Part shown: piece by piece, positions 58,176-64,000 of the stretch
Position numbering within the stretch: the first letter of the stretch is position 1
How the letters are laid out: the number at the start of each line of letters is the position of its first letter
From: an uncultured delta proteobacterium
GTDB lineage: Bacteria; Myxococcota_A; Polyangia; Polyangiales; Polyangiaceae
Direction of reading: 5' to 3'
Assembly: GCA_963716725.1 (NCBI GenBank)
Contig: CAVQUB010000033.1
Span: forward strand, 76,665-140,664
Length of the DNA stretch: 64,000 nucleotides
The notes under the pieces: model-generated
The model's database searches: none
What the model saw: only the letters and a program-made list of their open reading frames with translations
What the model was told of the DNA's origin: nothing
Made by a program: the position numbers and the translations under genes

Positions 58176-58384
58176 GTCTTCGCATAACACGCGATTTCTC
58201 GACCTTGCCGCTGCCACGCTGGACGCGTTTCGAGCACTCGGACGCGTCGAAAGTCGTCGCGCATGCGAAACGAGGCGAGCGCTCGACCTCGTGCGTGCGA
58301 GGGCCGACTTTCGCGCACTCGACGAAGCGCGAACGCGAGTCGTCCGAAAACTCGTCAATTAACCGGCCAATCGTGCCGCGCTCC

Positions 58385-59767
58385 TCAGCGCGGAGATTTG
58401 CGAAGCAGTCTGCGGAGATCGGCTTGCAGTCGGCGGACACGTCGGACGAGCATGCGTGCGGAGTCGCGATCGAGCCCATCGTCTTGGGTGCGCTTCTGCA
58501 CGTATCTAGCGAGGTCGGCCAGCAACTTGAGGGGCTCCGGAGCGGGGGGTGAGGCGGTAGCAGCCGTGGGAGTGATCATGGGGTAGCGCTCGGCAATTCG
58601 CTCGAGTGCCGCGGCGAATTCGGCGAACACGGTGGTGCCGGTGATCTCCGCGTATCGCAGGGTCATGCGGTAGTCGGTGTGGCCGAGCAATCGCATGACC
58701 GAGGGAAGGCTCATTCCTGCGGCCAGGAGCGATGTCGCGTAGGTGTGACGGAGGCGATGCGTCGTCATCGGTTCGGCGAACTGAATGCCACGGCAGGCCT
58801 CGCGAAGTGCTTCTCTATAGGACCCGTAAAGGGTCTTGCGACCGGCGGCAGTTGCGAGCAGCAGGGTGCGCTTACGCGGGCCTGTCCGCCGCAATCTGGA
58901 GACGAGCGTGACGGTGCGCGGATCGAGCGGGACCAGCCGCTCGGTGGCGAGCTTGCCGAGCGGGACCTTGAGCAGGGTGTTGCCGCTGTGGTCGGTGCGG
59001 ATGCAGTGGTACGGTAATGCGATGAGCTCGCCGATGCGAAGTCCGGTGCGTCGCATCAGGAGCAAACCGAGCTGATACATGCACCCGGACTTCTTGAACC
59101 GGCGCTGAAGGAGGAGGTCGGTGTCAGGAGGAACCGGGCGAGGCAGGTACTTGGGGAGCTTCGGCAGGTCGCTGCCACGGATCAATGTGTCGGCGGGCAC
59201 AGAGAGCACGCGCTGCTCTTCGAGCGACTCGAGGTACGCGCGGATGTTCTGGATGGCGTGAACTCGGGTGCAGGCAGCGAGGTGGCGAGCGTGGAGCCAG
59301 GCGAGCCAGGACTCGATGTGTGAACGCTCCAGGCCGACGAGAGACACATGGTTGGCGTTGAGCCAGATGTGAAACTGTCGGAGATGGGTTTGATAGGCGC
59401 GTACGGTCTGCAGCGAGTGCGTGGGTTTGAGCAATTCGAGGAAGCGGCTGGCATGTGGTGGCAGCGGGAAATTCGAACGCGGCCAAGCGCAACGCGGGTC
59501 GAAGCCGAGGAGACCACGTGCATGAAGCCACTCGAAATACATCAGGGCGAGGCGGCGTTGGCGGGCGCGCACATGCTCGGGCACCGGCGCCTTGGATGGC
59601 TGCTGAAGGAAGCGATCGATTTCCGAGCTCTCGAGCTGCAGGATCGGCCGGCAGCTGGCCTTCAACCAAAGGTGAAATTGGCTCAGAACGCCGCGCGCTC
59701 TCGGCTCGCGCTGCAAGAATTCGAGCGCGAAAGGGGGCAGATGGGCGAGGGGGTCGCGGCGCGCCAT
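58385..59767 (-). CDS. Tyrosine recombinase with an extended N-terminus
   Basis: TGLRIGEL (R), GKLATER (K), THRLRH (HxxR), LLGH (H), MTLRY (Y). Confidence 0.93.
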   Translation of the reverse strand: MARRDPLAHLPPFALEFLQREPRARGVLSQFHLWLKASCRPILQLESSEIDRFLQQPSKAPVPEHVRARQRRLALMYFEWLHARGLLGFDPRCAWPRSNFPLPPHASRFLELLKPTHSLQTVRAYQTHLRQFHIWLNANHVSLVGLERSHIESWLAWLHARHLAACTRVHAIQNIRAYLESLEEQRVLSVPADTLIRGSDLPKLPKYLPRPVPPDTDLLLQRRFKKSGCMYQLGLLLMRRTGLRIGELIALPYHCIRTDHSGNTLLKVPLGKLATERLVPLDPRTVTLVSRLRRTGPRKRTLLLATAAGRKTLYGSYREALREACRGIQFAEPMTTHRLRHTYATSLLAAGMSLPSVMRLLGHTDYRMTLRYAEITGTTVFAEFAAALERIAERYPMITPTAATASPPAPEPLKLLADLARYVQKRTQDDGLDRDSARMLVRRVRRLQADLRRLLRKSPR

Positions 59768-59776
59768 GATGCAATC

Positions 59777-60826
59777 TCATTGCCGATAGCGGGCGGCGAT
59801 TTTCTTGAGCGCGCGCCGGAACTCGTCGGCCACGTCGGCCATGGACAACCGTACGTACTGCAGTGTTGTCTTCAGATCGGCATGGCCCATCATCTGTTGC
59901 AGAACGGGCAAGCGCACACCAGCGCGCGCCATGTCGGCCCCGAACGTGTGTCGAAACCGGTGGGGGTTGGCGATCGCGAGCACGCGCCGGCGACGACGAT
60001 GCCGGAACAAGCTCCTCAGTCCAGCCGGCGTCATGGGCTGGCCGCGGCGCTTACCCTGTAAGACGACGAACAGACTCGGCTTGCTACACTGCCTGGGCCT
60101 CTCGAGCTCGAGGTACCGCCGCAACGTGCGTGAGAGCACGAGCGGCAAGGGCAGTGCGCGGTCGCGCTGCCCTTTGCCGCAGACGCGAACACGGCCGTCG
60201 CTGAAAACGACGTCGGCAAGCTCGAGCCCGAGAACTTCAGCCGAGCGAAGGCCGCACAGGAGCATGAAATGGGTGATGGCGAAATCCCTGTAGCGGGTGA
60301 GACTGCGAAGGAACGCTCGCACCTGCTCGGGCGTGAGCGGCTCGACGAGCTTGCGCGGCTCTTGGACACGGAGCTTGAGCACGCCGCGTCGTCGGAGCCG
60401 GTGAATGCCGAGGTAGTGATCACGACCGGGCCCCTTGTAGTGCGCAGCGGGCAAGCTCACGCGAGAGCCGACGCCGAGCTCTCGATTCATCCAGAAGCGA
60501 TACAGAAGGCGGGCTGTGGTCAACCGGCGATTGATTGAGCGTGGCTCTGCGCCGGCCTTGCGTTGCGCTGCGATGAACCCCAACAAGTCGCGTGCCTCGA
60601 GCTGCCGAAGCGAGCGCCCCTCAGCACGCATCCATCGATAGAGCAGCAGCAGATCATATGCGTACGCCCGGACCGTACGCCGGGATAATCCGCGGACCCC
60701 GAGTGCCGAGAGAAACTCATGAACCTCGGCGACCACGCCATTGGCATCCACGAGCGAATGGCCAATCTCCGAGTGCGCGACCACGCGCAAGGCGGTACCG
60801 AGGTCGCATTGCAGGCTGCTGCTCAT
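59777..60826 (-). CDS. Tyrosine recombinase (XerC/D-like)
   Basis: SRRTVRAYAYDL, CGLRSAE, GKGQRDR, PHRFRH, MMGH, TTLQY. Confidence 0.93.
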   Translation of the reverse strand: MSSSLQCDLGTALRVVAHSEIGHSLVDANGVVAEVHEFLSALGVRGLSRRTVRAYAYDLLLLYRWMRAEGRSLRQLEARDLLGFIAAQRKAGAEPRSINRRLTTARLLYRFWMNRELGVGSRVSLPAAHYKGPGRDHYLGIHRLRRRGVLKLRVQEPRKLVEPLTPEQVRAFLRSLTRYRDFAITHFMLLCGLRSAEVLGLELADVVFSDGRVRVCGKGQRDRALPLPLVLSRTLRRYLELERPRQCSKPSLFVVLQGKRRGQPMTPAGLRSLFRHRRRRRVLAIANPHRFRHTFGADMARAGVRLPVLQQMMGHADLKTTLQYVRLSMADVADEFRRALKKIAARYRQ

Positions 60827-61122
60827 GGCACTGCACGTCGCTGGTGCGCTCGGATGCCGTGGTGCACGGTGGCGTGATCGCGACGGAACAGCGATGCAAT
60901 CTCCAGGAGGCTGTAATGGCGATCGGACTGATTACGAATCAGCCACCAGAGCTCCTGGCGTGCACGTGACACGCTCGAGGTCCGAGCTCGGCCGCAGAGC
61001 TCTTCCCGAACCACGCCACGACGACGGCAGACGTCCTCGAGCAAGGGCGTGAGATTGCGCACCTCGAGCGCTGCGAGGACGGCCGTGGCGCTGCTCGCGC
61101 CGTCGGGGCTGGGCGCGGTCAT
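60823..61122 (-). CDS. Stand-alone DnaA C-terminal (domain IV)-like helix-turn-helix protein
   Basis: ELCGRART..VSRARQELWWLIR...YSLLEIASLFRRDHATVHHGIR parallels the DnaA signature (R.RQ.AMY..R..T..SL..IG..F..RDH.TV.H). Confidence 0.8.
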   Translation of the reverse strand: MTAPSPDGASSATAVLAALEVRNLTPLLEDVCRRRGVVREELCGRARTSSVSRARQELWWLIRNQSDRHYSLLEIASLFRRDHATVHHGIRAHQRRAVP

Positions 61123-61493
61123 CGAGGCACTCCGAAGAGCAGCATCTGCCTCAAATCGCAGAATTCACCGACGCCCACGAGGTCGCGATGACGGCGACGA
61201 ACGCGAGCGGGCGGTGGTACCCAGTCCACGGTGTACAGCGGCGCCCCGTTGTCGATTGGGATCCCATCGTAGGCTGACAAGTCCGCTTCGACGCCCCGCT
61301 CTTCCGCAGCGAGCGCAACGCGGACCGGTTGCCCCTGCCACAGCGCCAGCGCCTCGAGCAGAAGCGGCAACGCCCGAGGGTGCGTCGGCGGGCGCAGCAA
61401 CCGGGCCTTTAGAATCGTCTCGCTCGGGCCGGCCATTGCGAGCACGCGCATCTCCTGGGGCCCAGGTGCAACGCCCATCCAAATCGAGCTCAT
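61119..61493 (-). CDS. Hypothetical mobile-element accessory protein
   Basis: MSSIWMGVAPGP...ILKARL...HPRALPLLLEALALWQG; stop overlaps the next ATG by 4 nt. Confidence 0.7.
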   Translation of the reverse strand: MSSIWMGVAPGPQEMRVLAMAGPSETILKARLLRPPTHPRALPLLLEALALWQGQPVRVALAAEERGVEADLSAYDGIPIDNGAPLYTVDWVPPPARVRRRHRDLVGVGEFCDLRQMLLFGVPR

Positions 61494-61809
61494 GGGTCGA
61501 CTCCCGCTCCGAGCTCGATGCCGCCCCAACGACGGCCTCGGCTACGAACGGGACGACCATCTCACGATGGCCAAGTTTTTCGGCTGTGCTGTGCGTTACA
61601 TTTTTCTGCTGCTCACGCCAGCGAGCCACTCGCGCCGCCGTCGTCGTGTGCCCCAGCTTGCTGCGGCGGTACCGGCGCACGGACGCTTCGCGCGACAAGC
61701 GTCGGCACTCCGGGTCGCAGAACAGCCTGCCGAAGTTGCACGCCGGGCAAACGTCGAGCACGTTGTGGCATCCATCGCGAGAGCACTTCGCCTGCTGAAG
61801 AACGACCAC
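61165..61809 (-). CDS. Cys-rich putative zinc-finger protein with a basic helix; the real 3' end may be near 61490 if a frameshift is present
   Basis: CSRDGC..LDVCPAC..GRLFCDPECRR, then RRYRRS..RVARWR; the ORF tail overlaps the next gene extensively. Confidence 0.6.
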   Translation of the reverse strand: MVVLQQAKCSRDGCHNVLDVCPACNFGRLFCDPECRRLSREASVRRYRRSKLGHTTTAARVARWREQQKNVTHSTAEKLGHREMVVPFVAEAVVGAASSSERESTHELDLDGRCTWAPGDARARNGRPERDDSKGPVAAPADAPSGVAASARGAGAVAGATGPRCARCGRAGRRSGLVSLRWDPNRQRGAAVHRGLGTTARSRSSPSSRPRGRR

Positions 61810-62335
61810 CGCTGCGAATGCAGAAAGCTGGCCGCAGCAAGGGATGGCATGCGAAGGTAGCGCCGTCGAACGCGACCACCGCGACGACCTGAGGGCTCGG
61901 AAGTGACTATCCGGGCCCTCTTACTTTCTTCCGCCGCGATCATCGCGATTCCGACACGGCACGGGCCAACTCGGGGCAGAGGGAACAGAACGAATCGCCC
62001 ATATCGGCGACCCGAGATTGGCCGGTTAGATCTCAACACAATTCGCCGGTCCAGACCGGCTAAAGAGGTAACAAATCAAGCCGGCCACACAGCTGACAAA
62101 CCGGACCGGCCACATGGGTGCCAAGCCGGACCGACGGGGCCTTCTACGAGCGGCGCAGGTTCACCGCGATTCGCCCTCCGCTGCCAGCACGGTCGCAAGC
62201 GCTACGGCCAGAACGGCTCCGGCGGCACGCCGTCAGCCTCTCCGCGCACACCCGAGCCGCGCGTTCATGCCCACGCGCGTGCACCTGCACCGCTGGTTGC
62301 GAGCGCTGGTGCGCCCGCCCTATACTGGAGGGACC

Positions 62336-62660
62336 TTGCACGACACGTCGCCCGCCGCCGAGACGCCATTCGAACTGCTCGCGGAGAGGTCGCCCGTTGA
62401 GCGCCTGGCGATTGCGCTTCGGTTGAGCACCATGGTGAGAACGCTTGCCGAGGCCGATCAGGGGCCGACGCCCCTCGCTCGCCGACCGCGCTGTGCGGAA
62501 CAGACTGGCGGACCGGCTCTACGGCCAGAAGTGGCGGAGGAGGTCTTTCCGGTCGAAGGGGCCACCCTCACCGCGCACACCCCAGCCGCGCACCCATGCC
62601 GACGCGCGTGCTCATGCCCACGGTGTGGCCGGTGATTGGCTCTTTTTCGAGACGAAGTAG
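62336..62660 (+). pseudogene. Small helical protein gene with a frameshift (antitoxin-like 'DTSP' family, by recollection)
   Basis: GGAGG then TTG; HDTSPAA...SPVERLAIALRLSTMVRTLAEA continues in another frame as RPSLADRAVRNRLADRLYG. Confidence 0.5.
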
Positions 62661-62886
62661 TTGGTCGGGAAGGCGCCGACCCGATAGCTGCGCACGACGG
62701 AGGCGTCGAACGGCATTCAGTGGCGATTGCACGCGCCTTCAGCGCGCAGCCGGGAAGCGGAGGCACGTGACCTTCCCCCCGACGCGAGTGTTCCTCGCGC
62801 GCGCGCCGCGGCGTGCGTCTCGTTTTCCGGCTGCCTGCGGTCGACAGGCGTGCATGTGCAGGGGTTCTGGTACCTTTCGGCACGAA

Positions 62887-64000
62887 ATGACCGCCGACTC
62901 TGCCGCCGAAGGCCTCGCCGCGCCAACAGCCCTGAGCGGCCGCAGGGCGCCCCATGTGGAGCCGCCTCGCCGCATCGGCCGCCAACTCTCCGCCGCATTC
63001 TTGATCGTCTGGATCATCGCGGCGGGGCTCAGCGTCGTGCACCTCACGCTGCTGCGGGGGGTGAACGCCAACTTGGAACAATATGCGTGCCGACGAGATG
63101 GCGATCGGGGACAGCTTGGGCCTCGCGGCCGCGATTCGCGAGCAGTACATCCACGTGGCCCACTGCATCGTGCACGGCAACCTGGACCACTTGCCGCACT
63201 ACGAGCACTGGGCTGCGAAGGTCAGCGTCGCGGCGAGCACGCTCCGCGGCGCCGTTCCCGCGTCGGAGCGCCGCCGCGTCGACTCCATCGGCGACGCGAG
63301 TCGCAAGGTGGATTCGGATTCCGCGGCGAAATCGTGCCGGCCCTCGGGCAGCGTGATCTGGCGGCGATCGCTACCCTCCACGCCCGCATCGAGGAGCTGT
63401 CGATGGCTGCGGCGGCGGAAGCTGATCTCGTGGCGCGGGGCGTGGAGGACCTGATGGCTGGGGCCCACATGCACGCCATCTCCGCCGCGCGCATGGCATG
63501 GTGGTCGAGCATCGCCGGCATCGCGCTCTTGGCCGCGGTCGCAGCGGCGCTCGCGCTCAGCTTGCGCCGGGTGGTGTTGCGACCCCTCGCCACCCTGACC
63601 GCGGCAGCGCAGCGCTTGGGGACGGGTGATCTGGGACACCCGCGTCGGCGAGGTCGGCCAGGGTGAGTTGGGGCTCTTGGCCCACGCCTTCGATAGGATG
63701 GCCGAGCAGCTCAGACTTCATCAGAAGCAGCTGGTGGCGAATGAGCGGATGGCCGCCATCGGGCAGCTCGCCGCGGGGGTGGCCCACGAGATCAACAATC
63801 CCATCGCCGTGATTCGGGGCTACGTCGCCACCATGCGCAAGGAAGCGGACGGACGATCTGGCCGGGGAGCTCGCCATCCTCGACGAAGAGGCCGTCGCCT
63901 GCCAGCGCATCGCCGAGGATTCCTCTCGAGGTGGACGCAAAATCCGGCGAGCTGGTCGTCGAGCGTGCTCCGATGGACGAGGTGGTCCGCCAGGCCGCCG
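62887..64000 (+). CDS. HAMP-domain sensor histidine kinase, multiply frameshifted and truncated by the window end
   Basis: Two transmembrane segments, [23 protein letters not shown]...[14 protein letters not shown]-box [15 protein letters not shown]; frame switches near 63080, 63325, 63645 and later. Confidence 0.82.

Larger units (their letters stand above)
58360..62028 (-). mobile_element. Dual tyrosine-recombinase element with 13-bp terminal inverted repeats
   Basis: taaccggccaatc (58360-58372) and gattggccggtta (62016-62028) enclose five co-oriented genes including two integrases; visibly more A/T-rich codon usage than the flanks. Confidence 0.78.

Noticed and set aside
58385..60826. Chromosomal xerC/xerD, an integron integrase or a RIT element
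   Set aside because: Two recombinases rather than three, enclosed by terminal inverted repeats with accessory genes; no attC-like cassette array seen
60823..61122. dnaA gene or replication origin
   Set aside because: Only a 99-aa domain IV-like fragment; no AAA+ domain, dnaN or DnaA-box cluster
1..64000. tRNA or rRNA genes
   Set aside because: No cloverleaf with T-loop/D-loop consensus and no rRNA-like sequence recognised in the intergenic gaps

Overview
High-GC bacterial chromosome window, most likely from a myxobacterium (Polyangiaceae-like). That assignment is inferred from the many Gly/Pro-linker lipoproteins, FGE-sulfatase-domain proteins, Uma2 nuclease and FHA-type sigma-54 activator. 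Left to right: (1) a complete, translationally coupled classical menaquinone operon (menG-F-D-H-B-A-C-E); (2) a SulP-STAS-cNMP transporter and a Ugp/Mal-type ABC transporter carrying several frameshifts; (3) a GH5 lipoprotein cassette bracketed by a degenerate direct repeat; (4) FGE-domain, SGNH, sulfatase-like, B12-radical SAM, thioesterase, serpin, GAF-GGDEF, Sel1 and C39-like genes; (5) a BlaI/M56 regulatory pair with two TACTAC-N5-GTAGTA operators in front of a CzcCBA-type metal efflux pump; (6) a tightly coupled seven-gene operon of unknown function with three radical SAM enzymes, a GT-B glycosyltransferase, a small nuclease-fold-like protein, a coiled-coil protein and a membrane-anchored protein; (7) a second cassette bracketed by a 49-bp degenerate direct repeat; (8) a secreted amidohydrolase; (9) a ~3.7-kb mobile element with 13-bp terminal inverted repeats, two tyrosine recombinases and a stand-alone DnaA domain IV-like protein; (10) a frameshifted histidine kinase running off the end. 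The best candidates for undescribed systems are (6), (9) and (5). Scattered single-base frameshifts in otherwise intact genes suggest uncorrected sequencing errors. All calls are from motif recognition by eye; no database searches were run.
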